A stretch of DNA of 64,000 nucleotides from the NCBI GenBank assembly GCA_001769655.1, contig MEPC01000042.1, forward strand, positions 93,125 through 157,124, written 5' to 3'. Below are positions 51,362-61,744 of this stretch, one piece after another. Source of the stretch: Bacteroidetes bacterium RIFCSPLOWO2_12_FULL_37_12. Lineage in GTDB: Bacteria; Bacteroidota; Bacteroidia; 2-12-FULL-37-12. A model generated the notes under the pieces. That model ran no database searches and was not told where the DNA came from. It was given only the letters and a program-made list of their open reading frames with translations. A program made the translations under genes and the position numbers. Positions within the stretch are counted from its first letter, which is position 1. Each line of letters starts with the position of its first letter.

Positions 51362-53491
51362 TCAATCAAAAAATCTCCAATTCACTCCGAGTTGCATCGT
51401 TCTCGGATACGCCGGGTACCAGGGGGATGCAAAATATCCCTTAGTTACAATGCCCTGATTTAGATGGGTAATTTTAAAAAATACGAGCGCATCTCCTATG
51501 CGGAAATTTAAAAAGAAATCTACAGACGTATATGCCCGCATGGGAAATTTATTTTGCAGGTAAAACTGTTGTATCACAGGGTTATAGGAATAAGCATTCC
51601 ATGAATCCGTAGTCCGTAAATCAAATCCGGTTTGCATAGGCATCTTTCTTCCGAAAACAGTATTTTCATAATACAACCGGTTGAAAATGTAAAAACCGGG
51701 GAGACGGATTAATCCGGTGTCACTTAAAAAGTTCTGCTGAAAATAATTCTCAAAACCGAAATGTGAAGGATAAAAATTGAACCGCAAATTAAAATAAAAA
51801 AATGAATGAGTGGAAAGCGTTTGAATGGGTTTACTTTGGGTGTCGTAATAAATCAGGTTTTCAATCATGATTTTTCCAATCACAGGATAAATTTTCCATG
51901 CCTTGTTCTTTGGGATCCACTGATATCCTGCCTCTAATTGCCGGGTGGTCATGGAATTAAAAATATTTTTCCATTGTATAAAATCCCCCTGATACTCTTT
52001 TTGCAATTCATTTCCAAAATTTTTATTTTGTATAAATCGAAAAAGGAAATCGTGCAAACCGGCTGATGTTTTAATATAATTTTTCCCTTCATCATAACTT
52101 TTCAAAAAATGCCACCCATCTATCGTAAACTTCCAATTTCTTGTATTTAGAATGGAATAAAATCCGGTTACCAGCGATGACGTTGGAGAAGTTAAAGTGC
52201 CATTCTCATTGCTGGAATTATATTGCTGTGATTTTAAATAGAAATCAGCATGAAAACAGTGGTTGGAATCCGTTTTATTATTGCCGGGTAATGCAAACCC
52301 AACGGTTTGTTCTAAAAAATTCCAACGGATATTTTCATACAAAGCGAAAGAAAATAATGAATCCGTGAACGCTGAGTAAAAAGCCGGCTCGGGCGCATCG
52401 TCTGTAAATTTATACGTGCGTTGATTTCCTTTAAACCGATTATAAAAACGGAATTTTTTGGGTCTTAACCGTTCACGGTTACTTTTAACAAAGTGGAGTG
52501 AATCTGAAAAATATTTCTTATATATTTTACAAATACTGTCTTTTTTTTCAGGAGTATTATAGGTGGCTGAATCTTTTAACCATTTCCGGTTTGAATAAAA
52601 ATCAATAGTGTTTCTATCATCAACTTCCCAATCCGACAACGTGTCACTTGTTCTTCTTCCAAAATCGTAAAATTGATAAATCTGCCATTCCCTTCTGTAA
52701 TGATGGGTTTGTGCTGTGTATAAATTTACTCCCTCAATATCTCCGTCAAAAAATTCATCCTTGGAAATGGTTGTATCCTGAAATACCCCGCCGGTCTCTT
52801 TTATTTTATGGTCGGTATATGAAAATAATACAAGCAAGTGATAGCGGTACCCGGGACTATGAAACCAGGAAAATAAATCCAGCCCTTTAAAATCCAACTG
52901 ATTATCGTGTAGCGCAGTTGAACCAATCTTTTTATCCGATGCCATTCGCTTGTACTCAGCGCCCATGTTCCATGTACGGGTTATATTGCGTGCGAAAGTA
53001 GCAGAAAAAATCTGTTCATCTTTAGTGCCAATCATGTAAAATAAATCCGCGTAAGGGGACTTCGAATCAAAATATTTTCTTTTTTTGGGATTTGTATAAT
53101 ATGCATTAAAATTATTAAATCCCGCATCGGGGGTTGATGAAGAGTCAATCGAGAAATACAATGGATAATAAGCCGTTCCAAGATTGCCAAGATGCTGGGA
53201 AGTCATTTCTGCTTTCTGCACAAAATTGTAATCGTGAATACCCTGTAAGCTGGTATCTGCCGGATGTTTAGTGCTAATACCGTAACGCAAATCCTCTTCG
53301 GTTATGTATTGCGTTGTTTTAGTACCAAAAATATTTTTAGTGGAATCGTCAACGACCTGCGCTGTACCGGTAAAATAGTGCAGAGGGCAATTTATAACAA
53401 GAAGTATTAAGAAAGTTCTTACGATAAGAAATCTCCCTTGTAAAACCAATAAAGGAATCCGGATTTGCTGGAAAGCCAAGTGTTTGCTCAT
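51362..53491 (-). CDS. Bacteroidota 'putative porin'-family outer-membrane protein
   Basis: About 710 aa, rich in Tyr, Phe and Asn with beta-strand periodicity. The Met at 53491 follows a TTG at 53497. Confidence 0.45.
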   Translation of the reverse strand: MSKHLAFQQIRIPLLVLQGRFLIVRTFLILLVINCPLHYFTGTAQVVDDSTKNIFGTKTTQYITEEDLRYGISTKHPADTSLQGIHDYNFVQKAEMTSQHLGNLGTAYYPLYFSIDSSSTPDAGFNNFNAYYTNPKKRKYFDSKSPYADLFYMIGTKDEQIFSATFARNITRTWNMGAEYKRMASDKKIGSTALHDNQLDFKGLDLFSWFHSPGYRYHLLVLFSYTDHKIKETGGVFQDTTISKDEFFDGDIEGVNLYTAQTHHYRREWQIYQFYDFGRRTSDTLSDWEVDDRNTIDFYSNRKWLKDSATYNTPEKKDSICKIYKKYFSDSLHFVKSNRERLRPKKFRFYNRFKGNQRTYKFTDDAPEPAFYSAFTDSLFSFALYENIRWNFLEQTVGFALPGNNKTDSNHCFHADFYLKSQQYNSSNENGTLTSPTSSLVTGFYSILNTRNWKFTIDGWHFLKSYDEGKNYIKTSAGLHDFLFRFIQNKNFGNELQKEYQGDFIQWKNIFNSMTTRQLEAGYQWIPKNKAWKIYPVIGKIMIENLIYYDTQSKPIQTLSTHSFFYFNLRFNFYPSHFGFENYFQQNFLSDTGLIRLPGFYIFNRLYYENTVFGRKMPMQTGFDLRTTDSWNAYSYNPVIQQFYLQNKFPMRAYTSVDFFLNFRIGDALVFFKITHLNQGIVTKGYFASPWYPAYPRTMQLGVNWRFFD

Positions 53492-53578
53492 TTTCAACTT
53501 TAACTCAAAAACATATTAGTATTTTTTCGTAAATATATTATAGCTACTCCGGTGTGTATTATTTCTCGCAAATATTAT

Positions 53579-53680
53579 GTCACGCAAAGACGCAAAGTAC
53601 GCAGAGTATTAAGTACGCAGAGTAAAAAAATCATAAATGATTTTTTCTTTGCCTCTTTGCCTCTTTGCGGCTTTGCGTGA
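53579..53680. repeat. Complex hairpin built from (CGCAAAG)2 and (CTTTGCCT)2 tandem arms around a central perfect palindrome AAAAAAATCAT-AA-ATGATTTTTTT
   Basis: The outer 18-bp arms tcacgcaaagacgcaaag and ctttgcggctttgcgtga are reverse-complementary, and the + strand is followed by gaacttttttt. Confidence 0.5.
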
Positions 53681-53775
53681 GAACTTTTTTTATGCTGAAT
53701 AGTTACAATATTTTCAAATTTCTTCTTTTTCCTTTCTTCTTTCTTCTCTCTTCTTTCTCCTTTTTCCTTTCTCCT

Positions 53776-53912
53776 TTTTCCTTTTTCCTTTTTCCTTTTT
53801 CCTTTTTCCTTTTTCCTTTTTCCTTTTTCCTTTTTCCTTTTTCCTTTTTCCTTTTTCCTTTTTCCTTTTTCCTTTTTCCTTTTTCCTTTTTCCTTTTTCC
53901 TTTTTCCTTTTT
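53776..53912. repeat. Heptanucleotide microsatellite (CCTTTTT)n, about 19 perfect copies, flanked by degenerate CT-rich repeats spanning 53700-53960
   Basis: The tandem is directly visible. It produces the spurious 'KGKRKKE' and 'FLFPFSF' ORFs on the two strands. It lies between the 3' end of gene 53948-55606 and the promoter region of the porin-like gene. Confidence 0.9.
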
Positions 53913-53947
53913 CCCTTTCTCTCCTTCCCCCTTTTCCCATTCTCCCC

Positions 53948-55606
53948 CTACTCCACATTCACCTCAATATTCTCAATCTCCCAATTCGCTTTCAGTGGCA
54001 TAATATTTTTATAATAAAATATTTTTTCAGGTAAAATGTTTTTGAAAATATCACCCCTGTCCCACCTTTCGTTATTGTTCCTGTCTTCCAGCAAACGAAA
54101 TACGTACTTACCGGGTTTTAGCCATTCAAAACGGAATGTGTGATTATTTTTTAATTGACGCAGGACTCTCCCTTTATCGTCGAGCAGGTCCAGTGTGAAA
54201 TTTTTCCAGATGGTATTTACAGTGCCACTTAATGCTCCGTAACCGGCATCGTTATCTTTGTAATATATAAAAGGTTCTTTCCGGTTTTTCAAACCGTAAA
54301 CATCCGAAAACATACTATCCGGAATACTAATCCGCAGATTTTTAGTAAAGGGTATATTCCTCTTAATGCTTAATTCGTTTCCGTATTTATTCCAGGCATA
54401 CTCATCTTCTTTATTTAACAGAATAGTTTTTACAGAATCCACCATAAATTCCAACAATGGAATTGTTTTTCCAATTACCGGTACCCGAAATAAAAATTTT
54501 ATCTGGTTGGAATTCATGATTAGAGTGCCATTGGAAGGAAAAACCGAAATAACAAAAGGGACAGAGTCCTTTTTAGCATCCGGTTTTACGCCTATGAATA
54601 ATGTGTCCTGCATTTTGTTGTATGAGGAATCAATGGCTGTAACGTGTAATGAAACACTATCCTTCTCAATAGTTGGAAATGCCACAAGATTTTTTCCGTC
54701 ATACAGCGGGATAAAAGGAACAGGAGATGAAGCGCTGTCATTCAACTGAAAAAGAGAAATTGAATCAACTCCCTCACTGAACTGCAAGGTGATTTTATTT
54801 TTTTCATCCGCTTGCGATTTCAAAATATAGGGAGGAAGGTGGTCTTCTTTGTATAAATGAAGATTCAATTTTATAGTATCCTGTCTAATGGAAATCAACG
54901 AATCGGTGAATGCCACCCGTTCAGAACTAATATCACAGGTATAATTTTTATTTTTATCATCAAACGCTATTACATTAAATTGCCCTTGTGGCAGGTTTTT
55001 TAACTGAAATTCTCCGGTTTTAGTACTTCGGGTAAGAAAAAGAGGAGTTTTTTTAACGAAATGAACAGTGTCACTGTCCTTCGCAGGAATGAGTCCTACT
55101 GTAATTCCATGCACCGGATTTCCGCTAAGAACCTCTGAAATCATTCCCTTTACAATGCCGGTATCAATAATTTCCCCGGTGCTGAAAGTGAGGGTTAACT
55201 CATCGGGAGGATTTTTTTCGGTATTGTCCACAATCGAATTTTCAAATTGAAAACGGTACGTAGTGTTTGAAAGTAGTGTATCCTTCAGCGTAATAAAAAA
55301 TTTTTTCTTTTTAACTTTGGTTTCCACCGGATATTTTAAAGGAGGGGATACTATCCAATTCGTGCTTAAATTATTGGTGTTCACATATTCATCAAATTCA
55401 AGTTCGAGAGTGTTATCTCTATAATTTCGCTGTTCATCGGTTGGCTTTGAGTGAACTAACTTAGGTGGAGTTTCATCTTTGGGACCTCCGGTCGGTGGTA
55501 CGATATTGGCGCAGGATGTGAGAAGGAATAAAAGGAGATAGATTAGGCGATTGGCTGAATGGTTAAATGGTTGAATGGTTATATGGTTAAATGGAAAAAT
55601 CATCAC
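53948..55606 (-). CDS. Hypothetical lipoprotein, probably Ig-like/beta-sandwich-rich
   Basis: 552 aa with the lipobox LLTSCAN. No catalytic motifs recognised. Confidence 0.4.
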   Translation of the reverse strand: MMIFPFNHITIQPFNHSANRLIYLLLFLLTSCANIVPPTGGPKDETPPKLVHSKPTDEQRNYRDNTLELEFDEYVNTNNLSTNWIVSPPLKYPVETKVKKKKFFITLKDTLLSNTTYRFQFENSIVDNTEKNPPDELTLTFSTGEIIDTGIVKGMISEVLSGNPVHGITVGLIPAKDSDTVHFVKKTPLFLTRSTKTGEFQLKNLPQGQFNVIAFDDKNKNYTCDISSERVAFTDSLISIRQDTIKLNLHLYKEDHLPPYILKSQADEKNKITLQFSEGVDSISLFQLNDSASSPVPFIPLYDGKNLVAFPTIEKDSVSLHVTAIDSSYNKMQDTLFIGVKPDAKKDSVPFVISVFPSNGTLIMNSNQIKFLFRVPVIGKTIPLLEFMVDSVKTILLNKEDEYAWNKYGNELSIKRNIPFTKNLRISIPDSMFSDVYGLKNRKEPFIYYKDNDAGYGALSGTVNTIWKNFTLDLLDDKGRVLRQLKNNHTFRFEWLKPGKYVFRLLEDRNNNERWDRGDIFKNILPEKIFYYKNIMPLKANWEIENIEVNVE

Positions 55607-55857
55607 TTGCTCCTCGTATAAAAAAGAAAATAACTCCCCGCGGTTATAATCAATATAGCGCCTAACGCACCAAGAGTTTGTTTCGTTTTTGTTTGTTTGA
55701 CCTGTTTTTTATTTTGAACGGAAAGGGCTATAGAGTCACCCGGAAACTGATTTAATCCCTGAGTCAATGATAATTTATTTTTAGTGGAATCAAGTGATTG
55801 CGGGATGGATGCATTCATTGCAAAAAGATAAAAGAACACTATTAATCCTATGCGCAT
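55603..55857 (-). CDS. Small membrane protein
   Basis: 84 aa with N- and C-terminal hydrophobic helices. It overlaps the downstream gene by 4 nt, which suggests an operon. Confidence 0.3.
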   Translation of the reverse strand: MRIGLIVFFYLFAMNASIPQSLDSTKNKLSLTQGLNQFPGDSIALSVQNKKQVKQTKTKQTLGALGAILIITAGSYFLFYTRSK

Positions 55858-55889
55858 AATAATTTTTTTTAGTTAATGCAATAGTAAAA

Positions 55890-56045
55890 CAACTCAGGTT
55901 TAAAAAAAAACATAAAACACTAAATAAAAAAAATAAAAAATGAATAAGTATGACCACTTTACAAAAAACAATTACAAAAAATTGAATAGTGACCCCACTT
56001 AGTCATTTATTGTTATGTGTTAAATGTTATTTATTATTTTTTATA
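55890..56045. repeat. Intergenic palindromic element, copy C (same family as 3300-3395 and 4775-4868)
   Basis: AAAACATAAAACAC..AAAAATGAATAAG ... TCATTTATTGTTATGTGTTAAATGTTATTTATT, with a loop containing gtgacccc that is comparable to gtgagggg in copy A. Confidence 0.45.
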
Positions 56046-56084
56046 AAACTAGTTTACTTCTGTTATTTGTATTGATTGGCAACC

Positions 56085-57116
56085 CTACCCCCCCACCCAC
56101 TGCCGCAAAAATCTTAAATCATTCTCCTGAAACAATCTCAAATCATTAATCTGATATTTCAACATGGCAATCCGTTCTATTCCCATCCCAAAAGCAAAAC
56201 CTGTAAATTTTTCAGAATCTATTTTCCCGTTTTCCAATACGGCTGGATCTACCATGCCTGCTCCCATTATTTCTACCCACCCGGAATGTTTGCATACATT
56301 ACACCCTTTACTTTTACAGATAAGGCAGGTTATGTCCACCTCCGCACTGGGTTCGGTAAATGGAAAATAGGAAGCACGAAGCCGCATGGAAATTTCTTTG
56401 CCAAACATTTCGTGCACAAAATATTGCAATGTTTGTTTTAAATCGGAAAAGCTGACTCCTTCATCAATGTACAAGCCCTCTACCTGATGAAACATGCAAT
56501 GCGCTCTGGCTGAAATAGCTTCATTGCGAAACGTCCTTCCCGGTGACAGTGTCCGTATGGGGGGTTTTTGATTTTCCATGACACGGATTTGCACGTTGGA
56601 AGTATGTGTGCGCAATAAAATATCGGGATTCTTCTGAATAAAAAACGTATCCTGCATGTCGCGGGCAGGGTGATTTTCTCCCATGTTCAACGCCGTGAAA
56701 TTATGCCAGTCGTCTTCTATTTCCGGACCATACGAAACGGTAAAACCTATATGGGAAAAAATTTCAATGATCCGGTTCCGGATGAGTGTCACAGGATGAA
56801 TGGATCCCAGCGGCATTTCGGGTCCGGGCAAACTCAAATCTAATAAAGTGTCACTGGCAACGGATTGCTTATTGATAATTTCTTCACCGGCAGTTTTAAA
56901 CTTTGATTCGGCAAGCGTTTTTAATTTATTAACCGACTCCCCGTAGTCACGCCGGTTTTCCGGTGCGATATTTTTAATTTCAGATAAGAGGGATGGGATA
57001 ATTCCTTTCTTCACAAGAAATTTCAAACGGAAGTTTTCTAAGTCATCCGGTGAACTAATGGAAAATTTTTCAATTTCTGAATAAAGTAAAGCGATATCTC
57101 CGGTGGAAGTATTCAT
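56085..57116 (-). CDS. pheS: Phenylalanine--tRNA ligase alpha subunit
   Basis: FRNEAISARAHCMFHQVEGL and GWVEIMGAGMVDP..GFAFGMGIERIAMLKY. Confidence 0.9.
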   Translation of the reverse strand: MNTSTGDIALLYSEIEKFSISSPDDLENFRLKFLVKKGIIPSLLSEIKNIAPENRRDYGESVNKLKTLAESKFKTAGEEIINKQSVASDTLLDLSLPGPEMPLGSIHPVTLIRNRIIEIFSHIGFTVSYGPEIEDDWHNFTALNMGENHPARDMQDTFFIQKNPDILLRTHTSNVQIRVMENQKPPIRTLSPGRTFRNEAISARAHCMFHQVEGLYIDEGVSFSDLKQTLQYFVHEMFGKEISMRLRASYFPFTEPSAEVDITCLICKSKGCNVCKHSGWVEIMGAGMVDPAVLENGKIDSEKFTGFAFGMGIERIAMLKYQINDLRLFQENDLRFLRQWVGG

Positions 57117-57199
57117 ACCTGCTGATTTGCAAAATTATCCAAAGGTATTTAAAATTCACCAAAATTTTCTACCTTTGTCCCTTCTAATTCCATTTACCT

Positions 57200-57892
57200 A
57201 TGCTCAAATCTGCTCTTCGGGATTTCATCTCGCTTATTTATCCGCACACCTGTTTTGCCTGCAAGCGCCTGTTGGTGCGAGGCGAAAAATTTATCTGTAC
57301 GCATTGTCATTATAAACTTCCGGTAACCGATTACCATCAGAATCCGGACAATGAACTTCAGCGCCGTTTCTGGGGAAAAGTACCATTGAAATATACGTTT
57401 GCCTATTTGCATTTTGTCAGAGGCGGAAGGGTGCAAAAACTACTGCATAATCTGAAATATGGAAATGCGCCTGGGATTTCTGAATTTCTGGGAAATAATT
57501 ACGGTAGAATGTTGATGAAATCCGGATACAAAGGGCTTTTTGACTTAGTGACGGCCGTTCCTTTACACCCTGCTAAACTTAGAAAAAGGGGATATAATCA
57601 GAGCGAAGGTTTTGCTAAAGGAATTTCTGTCAATTTAGGAGCGGCATTTTCAACCTCAGTATTACGAAGGACTGTTGCCACATCCACTCAAACAAAAAAG
57701 AACCGCATGGCGAGATGGAAAAATGTAGAAACCGTTTTCGCTCCCTGCAAAGGAATTGATTTGAAAGAACAGAGGGTTTTGATTATTGATGATGTACTGA
57801 CAACCGGTTCAACTTTGGAGGCATGTGCGAATGTTTTGTTGGCAAATGGATGTAAAGAAGTAAGTATCGCGGTGATTGCGGCGGCGGCTTAG
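57200..57892 (+). CDS. comF: ComF/GntX-family phosphoribosyltransferase-domain protein
   Basis: N-terminal Zn-finger CFACKRLL..CTHCHYKLP and the PRTase motif LIIDDVLTTGSTL. A TACCTTTG box lies about 25 nt upstream. Confidence 0.75.
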   Translation: MLKSALRDFISLIYPHTCFACKRLLVRGEKFICTHCHYKLPVTDYHQNPDNELQRRFWGKVPLKYTFAYLHFVRGGRVQKLLHNLKYGNAPGISEFLGNNYGRMLMKSGYKGLFDLVTAVPLHPAKLRKRGYNQSEGFAKGISVNLGAAFSTSVLRRTVATSTQTKKNRMARWKNVETVFAPCKGIDLKEQRVLIIDDVLTTGSTLEACANVLLANGCKEVSIAVIAAAA

Positions 57893-58008
57893 TTTAAAAA
57901 TGGCATCTCTGATGCGGATTTACACTACTTTTTCGCATAATGATTGCCATATTAATTCCCTTGCAAGAGTGAAATCAGGAAAATCATGAATAATTGAAAA
58001 TTTTCGTG

Positions 58009-58016
58009 TAAGTTTG
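58009..58016 (+). promoter_or_regulatory. -7 box TAAGTTTG within GAAAATTTTCGTGTAAGTTTGCATA, the promoter of the acyl-CoA synthetase gene
   Basis: Third occurrence of the extended AATTTTC(A/G)TGTAAGTTTGC motif, about 30 nt upstream of the ATG at 58047. Confidence 0.45.
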
Positions 58017-58046
58017 CATAAAATGTAATTCAATCCACCCCCCCCT

Positions 58047-59810
58047 ATGCATCCCACCAGAATCTTTGACTTCCTTACCCAACAGGTAACTCAGTATCCT
58101 AAATCGGATGCCCTTGCTTGTAAATCAGATGGCAATTGGAAAAAATATTCCTCTCAGGAATTTTTAGATCATGCTGATTTTATGGCACTGGGTCTTTCTT
58201 CAATGGGTGTCACTAAGGGCACTGCCATTGCCACTGTTTCCAATAACCGCCCAGAATGGAATTTTACCGACATGGGCATACTTAGCATGGGTGCTGTTCA
58301 AGTAGCCATGTATCCAAATCTGAATCCTTCCGATTACGTTTTTATCCTCAATGACTGTAACGCACAATATATTTTTGTTTCTGACCAGGCACTGTACGAA
58401 AAAATTTCTGCTATAAAACCACAAGTCCCCTCGTTAAAAGAAATATTCAGCTTTAATCAAATCAAGGGTTGCAGACATTGGACTGAAATTCTTGAATCAG
58501 GAAAAAAACAGGACAAAAACAAAATAAACACCTTGCGTGAGAGTGTGAAACCGGAAGACCTCGCAACACTAATATATACATCCGGCACTACAGGCACTCC
58601 CAAAGGAGTCATGCTCTCACATCATAACTTAGTCAGTAATTCCATTATCGGCGCTGAAATTGGTGATATTCGTTCCAACGAAAAGGCATTAAGTTTTTTA
58701 CCTCTGTGCCACGTTTTTGAAAGAATGATTACCTATATGTACATGAGCAAAGGTACTTCCATCTATTATGCAGAAAACATGGAAACGATTGGCGACAATT
58801 TGAAGGAAGTTCAACCGCATATTTTTACTACCGTTCCGCGCTTTCTTGAAAAGGTTTACGATAAAATACTTGCCAAAGCAAATGCATTAACCGGTATTAA
58901 ACGCTCACTGTTTTTCTGGGCGTTGGAATTAGCAAAAAAATTTGATTTCGAACATACGCATGGGTTTATTTATAATTTACAATTAGCGTTGGCTAATAAG
59001 CTTATATTTTCTAAATGGAGAGCGGCGTTGGGAGGAAATGTCACCCGTATTGTTTCGGGAGGTGCGGCTTTGCAACCTCGTCTGGCAAGGGTTTTCAATG
59101 CCGCAAAAATTTCAGTGCTCGAAGGATATGGTCTTACTGAAACATCTCCGGTAGTTGCCGTTAACCTTGTCTCTAAACCCGGATGTATAAAAATAGGAAC
59201 TGTAGGACCGGTTATCAGAGATGTAGAAGTAAAAATTGCGGAAGACGGAGAAATTCTTGTAAAAGGACCCAATGTGATGATGGGATACTATAAACGCCCG
59301 GATCTTACAGCGGAAGCCATTGACAAAAACGGTTTTTTTCATACTGGAGATATCGGTTGTTTTGAGGGAATGTTTCTTAAAATAACTGACCGTAAGAAAG
59401 AAATGTTCAAGACCTCAGGCGGGAAATTCATTGCTCCGCAGTTGATTGAAAATAAAATGAAGGAATCCCCGTTTATAGAACAGATAATGGTCATCGGAGA
59501 TGGAAAGAAATTTCCTGCGGCGTTGATTATTCCTGCTTTTGCATTATTGAAAGAAAAATTTGCTAAAGAAAATGTCCGGTTTAATTCCAACGATGAAATT
59601 ATAAAAAATCCAGCAGTGACACAACTTATTCATTCGGATATTGACCGCCTGAATGAGAATTTTTCCCCATTCGAGAGAATTAAAAAATTCAGATTATTGC
59701 CCTCCGAATGGACTATTGAAAGCAACGAATTAACGCCAACGCTGAAATGCAAAAGAAAAAACATAATGGCAAAAAATGAAACGTTGGTGGAAGAGATATA
59801 CAAAGAATAA
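58047..59810 (+). CDS. Long-chain fatty acid--CoA ligase (AMP-dependent synthetase)
   Basis: The AMP-binding motif IYTSGTTGTPKGV, plus GYGLTETS and the C-terminal TPTLKCKR. Confidence 0.85.
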   Translation: MHPTRIFDFLTQQVTQYPKSDALACKSDGNWKKYSSQEFLDHADFMALGLSSMGVTKGTAIATVSNNRPEWNFTDMGILSMGAVQVAMYPNLNPSDYVFILNDCNAQYIFVSDQALYEKISAIKPQVPSLKEIFSFNQIKGCRHWTEILESGKKQDKNKINTLRESVKPEDLATLIYTSGTTGTPKGVMLSHHNLVSNSIIGAEIGDIRSNEKALSFLPLCHVFERMITYMYMSKGTSIYYAENMETIGDNLKEVQPHIFTTVPRFLEKVYDKILAKANALTGIKRSLFFWALELAKKFDFEHTHGFIYNLQLALANKLIFSKWRAALGGNVTRIVSGGAALQPRLARVFNAAKISVLEGYGLTETSPVVAVNLVSKPGCIKIGTVGPVIRDVEVKIAEDGEILVKGPNVMMGYYKRPDLTAEAIDKNGFFHTGDIGCFEGMFLKITDRKKEMFKTSGGKFIAPQLIENKMKESPFIEQIMVIGDGKKFPAALIIPAFALLKEKFAKENVRFNSNDEIIKNPAVTQLIHSDIDRLNENFSPFERIKKFRLLPSEWTIESNELTPTLKCKRKNIMAKNETLVEEIYKE

Positions 59811-59814
59811 AATC

Positions 59815-60882
59815 ATGAAAAAAATTTTCATAACCGGTTTTTGCATCGCTTCCTTGTTTTTCCTGTCTTCCATTAACTCTGCCCGGAAAGAGAGAAGCCA
59901 TTCCCTCGATGATATTCCTTTCACTCTCTATAATCTCGATGTTTCAAAATGCACTGGATTTCAGCATCACACGGGCTCAAAAGTATTTATTCCTCAGGAA
60001 GCACTCCTATTCAAAAATAATAAACCCTGCAATACAAAAATAACTTTTTCATACAGGGAGTTACGCACACCTTCTGAAATAATTACTGCGGATATTACTA
60101 TGAAATATTTTGAAGGAAAGTTGAGGAAGGATTTAGTGACATCAGGTATGTTTGAAGTATATGCTATCTGCGAAAAAGAAACGTTGGCTCTGAAACCAGG
60201 CAAAACTATAAACGTATTTTTTGCAGTTGAAAACGTGGAAACCAAAACCATCGCCTACCGCTACGACTTTACAAACAGTGTCTGGAATAATTATAACTCA
60301 CCGGTGGCAGATTTATCTGCCACTTCTATGTATAGTGACAGCGTAAACCAACTCTGGGGTTCTTCACCTGTTCCATCTTTAAATGACTCATCACAAATAA
60401 GGGGTGAAGATGGTGAAGAATATGACATCGAAAGCGGAAGACGATGGGAATACGAAAATGCTCTTAAAAATAATGCTTTTAAAAGTTTGGAAATTGACTC
60501 TTTTGGTTTGTATAATTACGATTACATTCTTGATAAAGAAAATTACGTTCCCATTGTTGCTGATTTCAAAATTCTGAATCAGAAAGCCCCTTTAACGAGA
60601 ATGGTTTACGTAGTGTATCCCCATATCAATTCCGTTTTGTATTTTTCACCTTACGAATGGAAAACAGGGTTCAGCATTCTTCCTGTAGAAGGCGTGAAAA
60701 TTTTTTCCATTATGGATAATGGTAATGTCGCCATGCTTCCTTCCACTGATTTGACCGAACAATCGGTGAAATCATGGAAAATGAAGTCGCATACTTTTTT
60801 GCTTGTTGAAAATATAACTCTTGTTCAAAATTCCAGGCAACTGGCATCAGTGACTGGAATTGACCAAATAGTTAAAAAATGA
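59815..60882 (+). CDS. Hypothetical secreted protein
   Basis: Signal peptide MKKIFITGFCIASLFFLSS. It starts 4 nt after the upstream stop; the track start at 59776 is an in-gene artefact. Confidence 0.4.
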   Translation: MKKIFITGFCIASLFFLSSINSARKERSHSLDDIPFTLYNLDVSKCTGFQHHTGSKVFIPQEALLFKNNKPCNTKITFSYRELRTPSEIITADITMKYFEGKLRKDLVTSGMFEVYAICEKETLALKPGKTINVFFAVENVETKTIAYRYDFTNSVWNNYNSPVADLSATSMYSDSVNQLWGSSPVPSLNDSSQIRGEDGEEYDIESGRRWEYENALKNNAFKSLEIDSFGLYNYDYILDKENYVPIVADFKILNQKAPLTRMVYVVYPHINSVLYFSPYEWKTGFSILPVEGVKIFSIMDNGNVAMLPSTDLTEQSVKSWKMKSHTFLLVENITLVQNSRQLASVTGIDQIVKK

Positions 60883-60886
60883 ATTT

Positions 60887-61603
60887 ATGAAAATTTTTGT
60901 TTGTCTTTTCTTTTTTCTGATTGGTTTAATGCCTGGCAACGTGACCGGACAAGTGTCACTCCCCAAAAAGCATATTGCGTATTTAGGAAATTATCTCCTG
61001 CATCGTCTTGATTTCCGTAAGAAAAATAATCAATACCTGAAAGAACTTCCCCGTGTAATTCTTCGTGCCTACTGTGAAGGAAAACTGAATGCATATTTCC
61101 CAGGTGCACCCGATAAACCGGTTGCCTATTCAGAATTTCTGGCTCATTTTGGTATGCCTGAACTGGCTTTATCTCAACTTGAGAAGTTCGAATCATTTGA
61201 ATGTACAGGTAATCTCTGTCTTGAAACTGATCCCTGGATTCTGAATTGTTTTTCCATTTATGCAGATATTCTCGAAGTACAACGGTTCGATAAAAATCGT
61301 TCCCAATATTCCTACGATATTAAATACATCAATCTTGTTTTTTCTTCAGAATGTACCGGCAATGGTTTGGATTACATGGGTCCGGTTTTTAAATTTGATG
61401 ACCTTGTGAAAGTAAGCGGTCTATATACTGTCAAAAACCCACTCAACGATGCCGATGAAATTTCATTAGCTAGGATTTTTCTTGAACGGAAATTTCAAAC
61501 AGATATCATAGAACAAAACGGCGAACCCATTAAAAACGCAAAAGAGGCGCAAAAAATTAAAGAGAAAAGAGAGAAAAAAGACGAGGCGAGCTGGGAATAT
61601 TAG
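60887..61603 (+). CDS. Hypothetical secreted protein
   Basis: Signal peptide MKIFVCLFFFLIGLMPGNVTG and a Lys/Glu-rich tail. Located 4 nt after the previous gene. Confidence 0.4.
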   Translation: MKIFVCLFFFLIGLMPGNVTGQVSLPKKHIAYLGNYLLHRLDFRKKNNQYLKELPRVILRAYCEGKLNAYFPGAPDKPVAYSEFLAHFGMPELALSQLEKFESFECTGNLCLETDPWILNCFSIYADILEVQRFDKNRSQYSYDIKYINLVFSSECTGNGLDYMGPVFKFDDLVKVSGLYTVKNPLNDADEISLARIFLERKFQTDIIEQNGEPIKNAKEAQKIKEKREKKDEASWEY

Positions 61604-61613
61604 CAGATGGGTG

Positions 61614-61641
61614 TAGAAACACGGTGCGCCGTGTTTCTACT
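61614..61641 (+). terminator. Perfect 12-bp stem-loop GTAGAAACACGG-tgcg-CCGTGTTTCTAC, 10 nt after the stop
   Basis: The perfect inverted repeat is read directly from the sequence. Confidence 0.5.
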
Positions 61642-61744
61642 TAAACCAGATTTGCCATTGTCCGCTAATGTAACAAAGTAGTAATAGCAAGTATTAATAA
61701 AAATCAAAAAAATTCACGTAAATTTGCTCTTTTAAATATAACCC

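Noticed and set aside
53575-54003. ORFs translating to KGKRKKEKGKRKKE... (minus strand, 127 aa) and FLFPFSFFLFPFSFF... (plus strand, 112 aa)
   Set aside because: Both are artefacts of translating the (CCTTTTT)n microsatellite, whose 7-nt period cycles through all three frames. There is no start context or realistic protein composition.
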